Below are positions 37,676-54,401 of a stretch of 64,000 nt of DNA, in pieces. Every line of letters begins with the position of its first letter. The first letter of the stretch is position 1. The stretch comes from Psilocybe cubensis. Taxonomy: Eukaryota. The translations under genes and the position numbers were made by a program. The stretch covers positions 3,348,001-3,412,000 of the forward strand of contig CM039000.1 of NCBI GenBank assembly GCA_017499595.2, written 5' to 3'. The notes below the pieces were generated by a model, which had not been told where the DNA came from, searched no databases, and worked only from the letters and a program-made list of their open reading frames with translations.

Positions 37676-40088
37676 CTGCGTCTCAAATAAAATGTTGGTT
37701 TTATTTATGCAATGCTTGATATAAATGCGACTGTACGATGGATGCGCACTGCGTTTCAATGCCCAACTTGAAATAACTTCCCATCTATTTCAATTCCAAA
37801 TGGTAATGCATGTCTCTCGCACCCTTTGAATGATTCTTATGGTGTTTGAACACAGGCATAATAGTTCCATGATAACAAGAAGCAAAAACCTCCAAGCTCG
37901 ACTTCCTCGCAACTTGTTAAAACCGCTTGGAAAATGCGGTCGATGTTATTGAATACGTACCACTGTCATGGTTCATGTATTTGAATTCAAATAACCATCA
38001 TGCGCGACTTAAACTACTCCAGTCCCCACTCGCGACGACAGAGAATATCTGTCACGTCGATGCAAGAAACCTTCTTGCAACCTTATTCATTCTTCGTCTT
38101 TGCACATCGCTCCCACAACGATCTCTTCTGCCCCTAACTGTCAAAAACTCAAGAGGGATGTGGAATCCACAACTGGATTCGACAAGCTGCGCAAAATGTG
38201 CATTGTTGATGATCTGCGGCCTGTTTCCAATCTGCTAGGAAACGTATCTCGATGGGTTCAGAAAACCACTAGAACAGCTATCCGCAGACCCCGCTTGTCG
38301 ACCATTACACCTTTTAATCTCGAACCCGGCCCGTCATGTCCACTGTTCTCGACGCTGAGCTCCAGGACCTTGAGAACGTAAGGCCGATTTTGGGCCATGT
38401 ATTCTGACCAACTTTTGGACAAATCTGGCGACGAGGCTCCGATTCTGGTCTATATCATGGTAATATGGCGACCACTTTTGCGACGCATGATCAGGCGGAA
38501 CCAAACCGCGAAGGATTCGCAATGGTCATTTGATACAGACTCAATGAGGTGGTTCGCTTCCTCAGACACTCTTACTCTGCCTTCTTGGAGGAACTAGCTT
38601 GTCATGATCTTGAACTGTGCAGTGTTACTATTTTTCCCACCGCGGAAATGATATGTCATCGAGAGAGAAGTCTAATCATAGAAGTTCGAGTTGAATGAAC
38701 TCGCCTTATTTCTGTCGTAAAAAAGTATAGGACGATCAACAGTGCTTAGGGTTCAGCTTCGTGTCGATCTTTTGAGTGGGGCGATGGTGCTGCTCTGACA
38801 CTGGCTCTCCAACACTACTTGTGTAAATCTGAGAGGGAAAGTGGTATGAATGGACGGACCCGCGATCTTTCCATCGACCCATAAGCCACCCAGCGGAGCC
38901 AGTTGTTGTGAATGGCTTACTCTCCGCGTCAGGCAAGGTCTATCAAAATATCCAACCGCGTGACTTTCTTATATTTCTAGCCAAGGAGCTAGTCTGTTTC
39001 TTTTACATGAGCAAGCCGTATTTTTGGTGTTCAGGTGCCTTATCAGTGTCCTCTGGCCGGCCGGATTTACGGAGGATGTAGACTCACGTTCATACGAGAA
39101 AAGTTCCATACGTATGAGCATTTCATTTCCCCCATCTCCATCAATCAAAATGCTCTTGTCTTGAAGAAAGAGCTCTCTGATACATAGCTAAAGATGTCGG
39201 TCAGAATCATGCGTCTGTGAGTCAACCCATTCAGCTCTCCGGGTGTTCTTTGATGATTGACAGCAGCGAAATGAACAAACCAAACTGAACAGTCTTTCAT
39301 AAAGTGAACAAGCTTGTTTCCAAAGAAAAGACGGCTACTATCCTATCTGCATAAAAGGCAGAGGCCATTCCTTTATCACTGACGTGGAAGGAGAAATTCC
39401 TCAGCTGTGCTCGGGATCGACACTGCCAGTCCCAAAGTATGGTTGGTCGTAAAATCTTCATCGCCAGTGCAGCCATGCTGCGTGGCACACGTCTGATAAT
39501 GAGTCATCTGGGATTCTATTAAATGTCTATAAACATCAGGGCAGCAGGGCAAATACTTTTTCTGTAGTGTTGGGATCCCTGCAGAGACTAGATTAGTATC
39601 GCCGGGTAGATGACCCTTGGACCTGCAGATTCATAAAGTCAAAATGTAATTTTTACGGGCGTAATGCAGCTAGAAGTCGACCGAGCACCCTGGCGACGAT
39701 ATAATACGAAAATTGAGGATGAAGGAGTCGGGTGCAAGGGGCGTGGTAGTTGTTGTGGCCGGACCGCCGTACCCACGGTTGTTGACTTGGTTCTAGGATT
39801 ATGGGTTTGACTTTTCCGTCGTGCCTCGAGGTGAACACGTTCTGATCTTATCCACCCAAAATATGGCAAAATCTTTATTCAACCTACTAGATACCCGGGA
39901 ATATCCTACAAAACTTACCCAAGTTCATTTACCACTGAATCAACCCCGCAAACCGCTCCGGGTTTCCTGCTATCGGCTTCTGCTGAACTATAAAGCACTT
40001 CTACTCCCATAGCCTGGCTACCCTTTCCCATCTTTCATAAAGTCCGGTTTTTTGTCTTTGTCTTTGACGTGGACCGACCTTTCCAGAG

Positions 40089-41402
40089 ATGACCGAGTAC
40101 ACAACGTCCTCGCAGGCCTATCGCGACTACATGTCTGCTCGTGAAAGGACAGCTCACTGGGTTCAAGCATGTTCACCCACGGGCTACGAGGGGGGACTCT
40201 ATTCTCCCTCTGTTCCACCATCTGTTCTAGATGGTCTGGTGCCTTCGTCACCGCCTTCTGAAGCCGACAGCTCTCACTCGACGCCACCAAAGATGGTCCT
40301 GCGCTATAACGACGGCAGGCCTGACGTCCCCATTCCTCATCCCAATGGCGTACATGGGTCCATGTCGGGTTCCAAACGTCATCAAGAACCTAACTTGACG
40401 CGATCACACTCTCATCCATATAATCATCCATCTAATCATTCAAGGTCGGGCTCCAGTGCTGATTCGCCGTCCCATCAATCTCGTCACCGCAGGCCCGACC
40501 CAAACGTACCAGAGGAAATTAAAATTTTGCCAACATACGGCGACGCTCCAGCTTCATCGACCTCTTCACGTCCCGGTCATTCTAGGTCGAGGTCCGTCCC
40601 TAGGCCGTCGGAGCGTCACGAGGAGCCGGTTCCGGACGTACCTTTCATCCCTTCGCATCTGCAATCTCAATCACCCTATTATGCTTCACATGCAGCGAAT
40701 CAGCAAGGGGTATCTCCGACCTCTCAGCAAGTTAGCTTCGCTCAAACTCCCCATGCATGGCCGCGTCATGGACATGCTAAACACCCTCCCGCAATAATCT
40801 ATGCACCCTCACACCATACCCAACGTCCTCACTATGCACCTCCCGCCATGTTCCACCATCCACCGCAGATGGGAGCTAATGGTATGATGTATAGCCACTC
40901 TGCGCCGGTTCCGGGGCAGTATCCACCTGCCTATCCAACACCGTATCCGTCGGTGGGGTCGCACCGACATACCGCATCCGCGCATGATGTTAGCGTTAAT
41001 CGTAATTACCGATCATTGGGTCGCTCCAGCAGGAGAGATCCTTCCGCTTCAGTTGAGTCGTTGGGTAGTGAGAAGTCTGGTAGTACCTATTACGTTCTTC
41101 CAAATCATGGTCAAAAAGTACATGTGATTGTGAGTCCGACAAAATAATCACGAAAGACGCTGGGGCGGATTCTGATGATAAACTGTTCTGTGCAGGATCC
41201 TAGTCCCGAACCTTCAATAGTTACTGCTACGTCCACCACAAAATCACCTACCTCACCTTATTTTGGTGAAAAGAAACCATTTTTCCATCGCCTGTTCGGA
41301 AATATGTTTTCCTCCTCGGGGTCGTCGCGAGGGTCATCCACTAGTAGTGGAAGAAAGCTGCACAGGCGCCATTCGATAGGAGCTCAACATAGGGCAGAGT
41401 AA
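40089..41402 (+). CDS. Uncharacterised Pro/His/Ser-rich, largely disordered protein
   Basis: 352-aa ORF joined by a GT-AG intron (after KVHVI) to a final exon DPSPEPSIVTATST...RRHSIGAQHRAE*. Conserved-looking islands: YMSARERTAHWV, PPKMVLRYNDGRPDVPI, TYYVLP. Confidence 0.75.
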
Positions 41403-43605
41403 ATTTGACAACTACACCACCACCACAGCACCGCAAGAATGAGGATTAACGAAGAATCGATAAAACGCCCTACAACCGTCAACCGGCTGTCTACTTATTG
41501 TCCTAGAGAAAGAACCAAGAACCTAAACCGCTCCTTTCCTTACATTCATTCCTTTCGGCTTAATTTTTCATCGATGATAAACATACCCTGCCTCGGAATT
41601 TCCTCGCTCGCTCTTCTATCCTTTCTTTTGATCTTGACATTGTCAATGTATCAGTCTATGCACTTCATGCCTCGTTCCATCGCCCTGCCTATCATAGTGC
41701 ACTCGTTCCATAATTCTGTAGGGGGAACCCAAATATGGAAAATATGCTGTTAATACCCTACGCCCAAACTCGATTACTTCTCTGCTATTTTCGCCACGAA
41801 AGCGTCTTCCTACCCGATGGAGAAACAAACCGGAAATATTTTGCTCGTTCAGAGGCTCATGAACGAAATTTTCACCAACACGAGTTGAGTCTACTATTAG
41901 CGGATTCTACAATTAGCGGCCGAAGGAGTTGTTCGGACGACTTGTCGGATAGCAAAACGACTTCATTCATGTATCGCATAGCTCTTTGGGTGTGGCATGG
42001 AATACGAGTTGAAAATGGGGTTCTTCAACCTCAACACGTATTTTGTCTGCGTTGAGATGCTGCGGCCCACCTACGATGAAATTTTTTCGCCAAAGAGTGA
42101 TCCCCCACTCGGCGCAGCGCGATGCCCAAGCTGTGCATTTGTCCTCTAATCTATCTATGAACACCTTTCATGTCCACAATGCCATTCGTATGCCATGGCG
42201 ATTCGCACGTTCGTTTTTGACATGCTGCGCGTCTTCTCTCATCGCCACTGCGGTATTATCTCTAAACCCTGCATCTCAGCCCTATCGTATCTGACCGACA
42301 GCAACGCACCTACATCTCTGCCCGGTTCATACATAGGAATGGAAGCGGGATGATAGCTGCGAGGCTACCTATGCTATCTTCAAGTGATCCTTCCAGGATT
42401 CACGGGTAGTTACGACATCTATAGGACGTTTGCGGCCTGGCTGATGGGCAAAAACGTCGGACGGACAGCTTGATCGCGGAAGTTACGTGTTTTCAAAACC
42501 TTGTTTTTCTAATGAGGACACCAGAGCCAGACTATATGGAGAACGTTATTTGTCCATTTTTCCTCTACAATGTGTTCTCCAAGTCAATCTTGCCCAATTC
42601 ATAGCTACTTTGCTTATAAGCCATCCCGCTAACTCCCTTGCCATTCATAACGAAATGCATTACACATGCAAGCTTTCCCCGAGTCCAGAGTCTTAACGGA
42701 TTCTAACAAATGCCGAGCTTTCTTTCTCATTTTTTTCACCGTCCGAAGTTCTTGTAAAATCGGTTTCACAATCTCTATCTCGAAACACATTTAAGTCACC
42801 TCTTTCCTCATTCACTATCTTATTTTCTATCTCAAAGTTAAATCTAAAGGAGGATCTAAGCTTATACATAAGTAGATTAATACTTGCACATATTCATGAA
42901 TTCGGGGCGTGCGCCTCGCAGTCTCTTTCTAATAATGTACTTGAAAGTTATATGCCCATAATAGACTACTGGTAAATGACACAAAAATGACATGGCACCA
43001 ACACGCAGCGACTCATTAAATTCGACGGCCGACACTCAGTCCTGGAGGCGTGCGTGATTGACATAAGTGCATGCATGGATCTATCTATAAGGCTTTCACG
43101 ATATCTCATGGTATCCAGTCCTTCAGATTCAAGGCTCATCTAAGGCTACAAACTGTTCAACAGTCTGCTGGCAGCATGGGGACGCTGGCGATGTGATCAA
43201 TGCCAGAACAGGCGCGGGCAAAATCATTTGTGGATGCAGCCGACTTGGAAACTGACATGTAATACTTATCTGAAAGTTCAAAAGGACTTTTAATGAATTT
43301 TCAGGGATATTTTTCCAAGAAAGAAGGTTGAAAGCGCAACAAAGCGCGATCAAGGCTCAAAGGGGACTGAAAATGATTAAACAATTACCACAAATAGAAA
43401 CTCTCCAAGACATCAAGAACGCGATCAGGCTTTGTGACAATCGGCGTGATACGAACCAACGCGTGGGCTTGTCACGGCCATGAAAGAACCACGGATTCGG
43501 CACTCAATTGTCCTTGATCACCATTAATCCTGGTCTCTTACCCAAAGGTCCGAAACTTTACCTTGAAAACCACTTATGTGGTAGTAAATCTCTACGCATC
43601 GTTCT

Positions 43606-46600
43606 ATGGAAGATACCACATCAGATGCCACGCTCATTCCACGACGAAAAGCCGCCAGAGCGGCTGCCGAGGCAGTTGCGATCCAGGTAGCGGAATCTGG
43701 CTCGGAACCCGACGTTGAGGCCTCGAAAGGGAAAAGACGCGCTGGTAAACAATCTGGACGTAGTAAGAAGAAAGCCAAGATGACAGAGGCCGCAGCGCCT
43801 ATTAATGCGCCATCCGAGCCTCTCAGTGGAAATGCCACACCTAAGCCTCAACTTACGATATTGAAGGAGGCCACGTCTATACACACGTCACCAAAACATA
43901 ATGTTGTGGATCTTGTTGAAGGCCCGTCGAAGGTGTCGTCCACCCATCAAAGAAAACGGAGTGGACTGGAGGATCTGTCCGACCTTACAGACCTTACCTC
44001 AATGTCTTCGGATGAACGCCCAACTAGCCCTGAGGATGTTGTGTCGAAGGCTAAACGACTAGCGAAACCATTTCCTTTTTATGACTTCGAAGACACTATG
44101 TATGAGGATACAACCTTGACTCCTACAATTCCTAAAGCTTCATCTTCAAAATTATCTAAACCTACCACTTCGAAGGCATCGACTTCCAAATCGTCAGCTC
44201 CAGGAAAGACTAGACCAAAGCCAACGCGAAAAATTGTATATCAAGATTTTAGCCTGGATTCTTATGTTTGGACTTTGGTGAACCCAGAGACACTAGATGC
44301 TTATGAGGACCGCCCTCAAGGCGATGAGAAAGGGTTATGGTGGCCGGGGAAGGTGCGCATCTGAATTTACGTTTGTTTTAATCACCGCTAACTGTTGTTT
44401 TATTGTCAGGTTCAAAGGTGTCGTACTATCGATACACCTCTTGAAGTCAGACTCTTCGGCAAAGATACCAAAGTAGTGCAAATATTTTCTCCAACGAAAG
44501 TTAACACTATACCCCAACCGAGCCCACTTACCAAAATGAAGTTTAAGAATCCAACTTACGTACCTTCTCAAAACACCTCAACGGGAGAAAAGGAGGCGCT
44601 AAATTTGACACAAGACGACATTATAGAGCGGTGGCAAGGTGCAATTCAGGACTTGAAGCGCGATGCGGATATCATCATGATCGACTCGGATTCGAGTAGC
44701 AACGTCGATATCGCCTCATTATCAACTACGGACGACGACCTTCCGGAATATGTGTCACTTTCTCATCCTGCCTCCCAATCATCTTCTGTACCGGCAAAAC
44801 CTGTCACTTCCCAAGCTAGCTCAAAGGCTGCTCCCAAAAACAAAGGAAAGGGCAAAGAAAAGGCAAAACCAAATACCCGTGACTGGCAGTATCTCTCTGC
44901 GAACGAGCCTGATATGCTCTTGACTATCCCTGGAGAACTTGTACTTGCCAAGGAGAAACTCCAAACAAATATCTACTGGCCAGCGAGAATCGAAGAATTC
45001 GTCCCATCTGCCAATCCATCACGGGCCGGTAAATACAAAGTGACCTGGGTGGATAGCTCATGTCAGGAAATACCACGGGGATGGTTTTATACATCCTCGC
45101 AATCAGAATTCGCGACATGTCTTGTACGTTGGATGCGATCCGCCCTATTTGTTCAGACGTTGATCTAACTCGTTGCTTAAGATGGGCAAATTTGAAAGCT
45201 TTTATGTACACAAAGAGGATGATCCGGATGAAGATGATTTGACACCACCTGAAGAAGATAGATCCCCTAGTCCTGTCCCTCTAGACCCACCTCCTTCACG
45301 GGAAGATTTTAAGTTGCTTGATATACGCCATCAGTTCACATATACTAAGGAAATTCTTCGGGCCATCATGGATGGAAGATATACACCTACAAGGGAGAAG
45401 CATGACGACTTCGTCAAGGGTGGCAAGTGGCGAAAGAATGTGGCAAATTCAGCGGCAATGTGGGGCTTGATGGATCCGAAGGAGGTCAAAGTTGTGGACA
45501 AGCTCGTGCGGAACTGGTGTCTGAGAGATGACAAAGAAGATGAAGTCATGGATAATGTGTCCGATATATCACCACAACCTATCGTCCTCGACAGTGTACA
45601 AGACGTGACCCAAGTAGAAAATAACGAAGCACCTGCTCCTCCCGAAGCGGAACTCGCGTTAGGCGATAATACCACTTCCGATATTCCGGCGGTGGGGACC
45701 CTCCCTTCTGGTAGCTCAGCGAAACCCCCTCCGACATTTATTGAGACAGTGCCCAATGTGGCTGGCGATATCAAATCCTCTGCTTCCAAAGAGGGGGATG
45801 CTCAATCACCACTGCCCGCTGAGGCGATTGAACCTGACCCAACCTCTCCCGACTATGTTTATCCAGATTCTGCTATGCGTTTTGAACCTTCGCCTTTCCC
45901 CAGACCGTTGCATTCTTCATCTCCTTCCTCTAGCTCGTTGGCGGCTTTACTGGTGAGCTCATTAGATTCCCAACAGATAGATCATATGTTTATTGCAATT
46001 TTATTAGCCCAAACCATCCCACATAGACAGTCTAGCAACAACATCTGAGGCGCCGTCTTCTCCACCTCCTTCGAGTCTGGCACCGACAATGGTTTGAATC
46101 TCGAATAATCTCTCTTTACCGCGACGCTGACTGATTGGCAGGACACTGAAGATGGTGACTACGATATTAAATCTGATTTGACCGCTATGGCAGAGGACCA
46201 AAAACCAATCGAAGCTGTAGCTACAGTTCCAAAGCAGCGCAACTTCGTCCCTTTCAAATCTCTAACAAAGCTCAGTCAAATTGAGGTAGGGGTAATCTTT
46301 CGCACTCTGAGCAGTTCCAGTAGGTTGATGGCTGTTCTGCAGTACTGCTCCACTATCTTGGTGCCCGAGTCAGTTCGACAAATTTTGCTCTGGCGCTCTG
46401 GCGATCGCACACAAATGGGCCTTCTTGGGTCAGAAGAGGAGCAAGTGTTGTACGACAAAGGAACGAAATTGCTGTCAGAAAGGGATTGGGTGTTCGACGT
46501 AAAACGCTTACGAGAGGTAAAGGTTGCTGCCTTGAAATCCAAGAAGACGAAGAGCCTAAACGCCATAGCCGGAAACACGACGTCTATGCCTAGCATACAC

Positions 46601-46663
46601 AGCAGGCAGGGGAGCTCATCTAGACCTAGAAGGAATCTCTCAATTCAAAATTATCAAGGATAA
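43606..46663 (+). CDS. Putative chromatin reader with two PWWP/Tudor-like domains (multi-exon)
   Basis: Basic NLS-like N-terminus; repeat 1 FSLDSYVWTLV...GLWWPGKV...LEVRLFG; repeat 2 PGELVLAKE...YWPARIEEF...KYKVTWVD. The exons join in frame through GT-AG introns. Confidence 0.65.
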
Positions 46664-47028
46664 TCAATTTGTTGAAATTGTATGCTTCAATCGTACTGGT
46701 GGGGATCATTTCAACTATTTAATAGTCAACAATATACATGTACATATGTTCACTTACTACTATGTATAACTTTTACCTCTGCATGCTGGAATTTATTTGA
46801 GCCACTGTGCGAGATAAAGTTAGGTTTGAGTGACACGTGTCCGTGACAAGATTCTTGAATTCTAAAATGAAATATGTCTAAGGGCTTGTCCTGCCACTAC
46901 ACGCACTTGTTCTGGGTTTTGTGCGCTGTGCTATTCGGCTATATCTTAGGTCTTTTCCTTGAATTGCTTGTCTCGACTGCTTCATCGACTGGTATCGGCA
47001 TTTCATTGAAAAACTATAGAGAGGGGCA

Positions 47029-49384
47029 ATGGCACCTCCCACAGCGAACGACCCCTGGCTCGCTGGGCGCCATTTCGGTATCGTCATCGACGCTGGCTCG
47101 TCGGGATCAAGGCTTCAAATATATAGTTGGAGAGACCCAAGGACTATTCATGTCCAAAAGGGAAGTCAACTGGCGTACCAGCTACCGAAAGTAGAGAAGG
47201 GGACAAAAGATAATGACCTATGGGTGACAAAGGTTGAACCAGGCAAGTAATCTATGCATGAATTTTCAACGCGTACACTGACGTTTTAAACTGCGGTGAT
47301 TAGGATTGTCTTCTCTGGCAGAGAACCCGCAGGACGTTGGAACCTATTTGCGGCCGTTGTTGAGCCACGCCCGAGAACACATTCCCCCATCTCTTCACCA
47401 GGAGACGCCCATATTCTTGCTGGCGACTGCGGGTATGCGCCTTTTGACGCCAAAGAAACAGGCTGAAATACTGTTGGAGACATGTCGCTTTCTCGTTACC
47501 CATTCAAACTTCAAAATAGAGAGCCAGTCGGATGCTGGTCCTTGTGGTGCGAGTGTACGAATCATTACTGGGGAAGAGGAAGGCCTTTTCGGGTGGATAG
47601 CCGTCAATTACCTTATGGATGGGTTTTCTGGCTTCAGTCAAAACAGAACAACCTATGGATTCCTTGACATGGGAGGAGCGTCTACTCAAATTGCATTTGA
47701 GCCAAGTTTGGAGAATCAAGCGAAAACGAAGAATTTGGTGGATGTCCGTCTACGGCTACTTGGAGGCGACGAGATACACCATAAAGTCTTTGTAACAACA
47801 TGGCTAGGCTACGGAACCAACCAGGCGAGAGAGCGCTATGTCGGACAGGCCATCACGGAATATGACACCCAAAGAGGACACGGAAACGACGACGACGATG
47901 ATGATGATGATGAATACGACTTTGATGAAAAGCATCACCTGGTACCGGATCCATGTTTGCCGAAAAATCTAGAATTAAAAGAGCTGCCTGTGCATACGAC
48001 GGATCCAGCGACAGCCCATTTGAAAAAATCCCACAAAATGTTAGGCACCGGTTCTTTTGAGCAATGCTTGAAAAAGACGGCGACCTTGCTAAACACTTCT
48101 ACCCCGTGCCCTGATACTCCCTGTTTAATGAACGGTGTCCACGTTCCACCAATAGATTTTTCTGTTTCTCACTTTATCGGGGTCTCAGAATATTGGTATT
48201 CCTCGGAGCACATATTTGGCTTGGGCGGCGCGTATGACTTCGTCCAATACGAGCGTGCTGCCTCAGAATTCTGTTCAAGGGATTGGTCAGGCATCCTTAA
48301 GGAGCATGAAGAATCACGAGCGCGTCACCGTCTCGGTGGAGACGGCGAAGTGATACAAGATGACAAAATTGTAGAGGCTGGACAATGGGGCCCTCAGGTG
48401 GAGCTACCTCGGCTTCAAATGCAGTGCTTCAAGGCCGCCTGGATTGTAAATGTTCTTCATGAGGGCATCAAAATGCCTCGCCTTGTGGACCCGGGAGGCA
48501 ACGACACGACAGACGGTGAAAAAGTGGCTGAAGAAGCTGGGAAAAAGGGACTGGGACGACCGACATTCCAATCTTTGGATAGCGTTGGCGACATTGCTAT
48601 CAGTTGGACGCTTGGGAAGATGGTTTTAGAAGCCAGTAAAGAAGTCCCACCTCTCGTAAAGACATCCAAACCTTTGGTGGATCCCATTGATGACATTGAA
48701 GATATCGAGAACTTTCCTATTCAACCCATTCGGCCTCCATTCCTTTCTTTGGGTGGCATCGAAGAAAGGATATCACCTCACCTACCATCATCTTTGACCC
48801 GCCATTCCCTTGGGTTTTCACCTGTTTTATTTTTGTTTTATGTCCTCATTATATTCATGGTAATTGGGATCGGCTATCCCATGCGCAGACAACTGCGTGC
48901 ATCCTGCCTACGCACGATACACAAGGCTTCAAGGCGCGATAGTTCTTACAACGAACTCATGGAAGAAGGGAAAATGAATAGGCCTCCATCACCATCCTCA
49001 GCCAGCGGTAAATGGATGTATCCTATGAAGCAGTTATTTTCGTCTCGCCGAAAACCAACCGCTCCCCTCTCAGTTGTTACTTCTAATAATCCAACTCTCC
49101 GCCACATGATGCCAAGCACGTCACGTACCTCTCCGACGAGATCATTTTCTCTTCCCAATGGCATTGCAGCTACAGCGAGTTCTACTCAATATGCTTCCCG
49201 TTCTCCCTCACCTCTACAAGGATTCCCGGATGACAGCAGCATATTGGGAACACCATCGTCTCTCATGACCTCACGTTCACGAAATACGTCGCAGATAAAC
49301 CTGTCGACCATGGCACCGCGGCCAGTTGCAATCTCACGAGCGAATAGTTCATATCATATCAATGGAAAGGCGCAACTACAATGA
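47029..49384 (+). CDS. YND1: Golgi apyrase (GDA1/CD39 NTPDase family), Ynd1-like
   Basis: Apyrase conserved regions IDAGSSGSR, LATAGMR, GEEEGLFGW, DMGGASTQ and SWTLG; C-terminal TM plus cytosolic tail as in Ynd1. One intron, 47243-47303. Confidence 0.9.
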
Positions 49385-50296
49385 ACTTCAACGACAGCGG
49401 CATTAGGTCATAAATCTGCCGCGTTTAAAGTTTTCGCAATATCTCCGTCGATGTTCGTGTCACTTCTCTCTCTACATCCGGCAATCCAAACTTTTCTTTC
49501 CTCGTGCAGACAGATTTACGACATGACATAATTACCAATCCCACCCACCGATGTCGAAATTGGTGGGAATGGGCTACGGTGGACGCAACCATGATCTATA
49601 TCTAGAGATTCCGTTGCTCCGGTTCTATATCGCACGGCAGCGCTACACCCAGAAATTGGGAACGCGAGCCTTCGGAGAGACGCCCCGTTGATTTTGTGAT
49701 GTTCTTTCTCAGTGGCCCTCTTCCATGTGAGCGGATACACTTATTCCACATGGCCAACAGAGGTTTCGGTGCGGCGGAATTCATTAAGACTCCAGAAAAG
49801 GGGTCGTTAAACTATGGCGAGTTGCGGGACCTGAGTGGAAGATGATGTCGATGCCTTCGGTTTCTGTGCTACTTTGTGCCTTTCGAAGACTAGTGCCTTC
49901 GGCTCAGCGCGGCAGGGGCGCAGAAGACTGTCAGTCTATCGTTAGAATATCGAGATATTTTGTCTTTTGGGATATGAGGCGGAGAACGTGGAGGACGATC
50001 TTATCCGGGTTGTCACAGGAAAGTTTCAACTATTTGCGCACCTTGTGGATGAAGCATACATTTCTGGCGTTTTTATCTAATGTCGTATTTTTTGTTTTCA
50101 GTATTTTTATTGTACTTTGCCTGTGACATGTTTGAACACTGGACTTTGGTTGGCGGACTCTTCAGGACGGATAATATTATTTCATATAGGAACTAAAATC
50201 AATTTTTATACACGTTCCAATTTTAGACGGCAGTTGTAGTGGTACTACGCTCATTAAAATCATGTGACTCTCCCTTTCCTTTATGCCATCGCGACA

Positions 50297-51481
50297 ATGT
50301 CAATAGATTTGGAATGGGTCAAGCTTGATGCTACATTGGCATCCTATCTCGTCGATGTTCTCAACAGACAATTAAAAAATGCTGAAAGGCCATCTTTTAT
50401 TGGGCCTGTGGAAGTCACATCGCTGGAATTTGGTACAACGGCACCAGATGTGGAATTGGTCGACCTGCGCGACATCTATCGCGACTTTTTGGAAGACGAG
50501 GAGGACAACGATTCTGACAGAGGACCTGTCAAAGTTACAGAAGGTGCTGATGATGAAGAGGGCTTTGAGTGGGTCTCCAGGAGAGCTGTCGGCCGGGAAG
50601 AATCTCTGGCCTACCAACACCTGCCTCCACACATTCGATATGGTCGTGGACCGACTGACTTGTATTCCTCAATACCGGCGCTGAGGTCGCCGATATCTAC
50701 GCCCAGTGCTGACATGTGGAACTCGACACCAAATCTATCTGATTTTCGACATCGACCCCAGCCGCTTTGGCAAAGCACGCCAATGTACCCGAATCCTAAT
50801 CCTGTAACTCCGTTCCCTGCTGGCCCTATGCGACGCAGCAGCAGTCACGAATATGAGCATGTTGGTACAGAAGCACAATCAAATATTCCCCTTTCTTCTA
50901 GCGACTCCCTCAGCGATCCTTTCCCTCCTAACTTGGAAGAACAACCTGAGAAACAGGAGCCCCCACCGAACCCATATCCAAACTTACAACTCCACCTCCA
51001 CGTCAATTGGCATTCAAACCTACGCATCACACTAACGACTTCTCTGCTCATCAACTATCCCTCACCTATGTTCATGTCTCTCCCTATCAAACTGTCAATA
51101 ACAGGCATTGTTTTCAACGGTGAGCTAGCCGTGGCGTACGAAGGTCAGCGTAAACGTATACATATTTGTATTCTCGACGACTTGGACCCTTACGGGCCAG
51201 CGGGTGACCGCCCAAAACGCGACTCTACTATATCAACACCTCCAGAACTCGACGACGATTCCCCACCCCCAAGCACCCCTTCTCGCCCATCGAAACCACT
51301 GCCAATAGGTCAAAGACTACTTCCCTCGATATACATTGAAAGCGAAATTGGTCAGGCAGACAAGCATGTCCTAAAGAATGTTACTCGAGTCGAACGCTTC
51401 ATCCAGGACGTCATACGCAAAACGGTGGAAGAAGAACTCGTATTTCCTAATTTCCATACGCTTGTGATGGGTGATCCGTGA
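50297..51481 (+). CDS. MDM12: ERMES subunit Mdm12 (SMP domain)
   Basis: MSIDLEW start, RPSFIGPVEVTSLEFGTTAPDVEL, LLINYPSPMFMSLPIKL, IESEIGQADKHVLKNVTRVERFI...ELVFPNF. Confidence 0.92.
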   Translation: MSIDLEWVKLDATLASYLVDVLNRQLKNAERPSFIGPVEVTSLEFGTTAPDVELVDLRDIYRDFLEDEEDNDSDRGPVKVTEGADDEEGFEWVSRRAVGREESLAYQHLPPHIRYGRGPTDLYSSIPALRSPISTPSADMWNSTPNLSDFRHRPQPLWQSTPMYPNPNPVTPFPAGPMRRSSSHEYEHVGTEAQSNIPLSSSDSLSDPFPPNLEEQPEKQEPPPNPYPNLQLHLHVNWHSNLRITLTTSLLINYPSPMFMSLPIKLSITGIVFNGELAVAYEGQRKRIHICILDDLDPYGPAGDRPKRDSTISTPPELDDDSPPPSTPSRPSKPLPIGQRLLPSIYIESEIGQADKHVLKNVTRVERFIQDVIRKTVEEELVFPNFHTLVMGDP

Positions 51482-51926
51482 AACAATTGAATTATTGTAA
51501 TTGAGGGATGATGCGGATGGAATATTACAGAATACATCCTTGTCAAAATTTCCCTATTCTCATTATCATCGATAATTCGCGGAATCCGAGGACAATTGTG
51601 AGACCGTGGTGAGGCTTTGCCTCGCCTTCAAAATGATTCAGGATAATAGTCTCACCCTGTACTTGAACAAAGGGTCCATGGCAAAATCCTTCTCCGTAGA
51701 TAGCTTCTGTCATGGAATTTTAATTTGGGCTGCTGGCTTGACCCCTGCAAGTCATGCTATGGTGGTGCCTAAGGCTCACCAAGGTCGAACCCTGACGGAA
51801 AAATGAGTAAGAGACCGCCATAAATTAATGTACATCGATATATTATTGAAGATCTAACTGATACATGGATTTTTACTGCTGGAAACGCAAATAACCCAAA
51901 AATCGTGCAACTACAGCTGTTACACA

Positions 51927-54401
<2,475 letters not shown>

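Noticed and set aside
47884..47911. (GAC)n(GAT)n acidic run in Ynd1; poly-Thr run in the Cdc4-like gene
   Set aside because: Ordinary coding microsatellites in loop or disordered regions.
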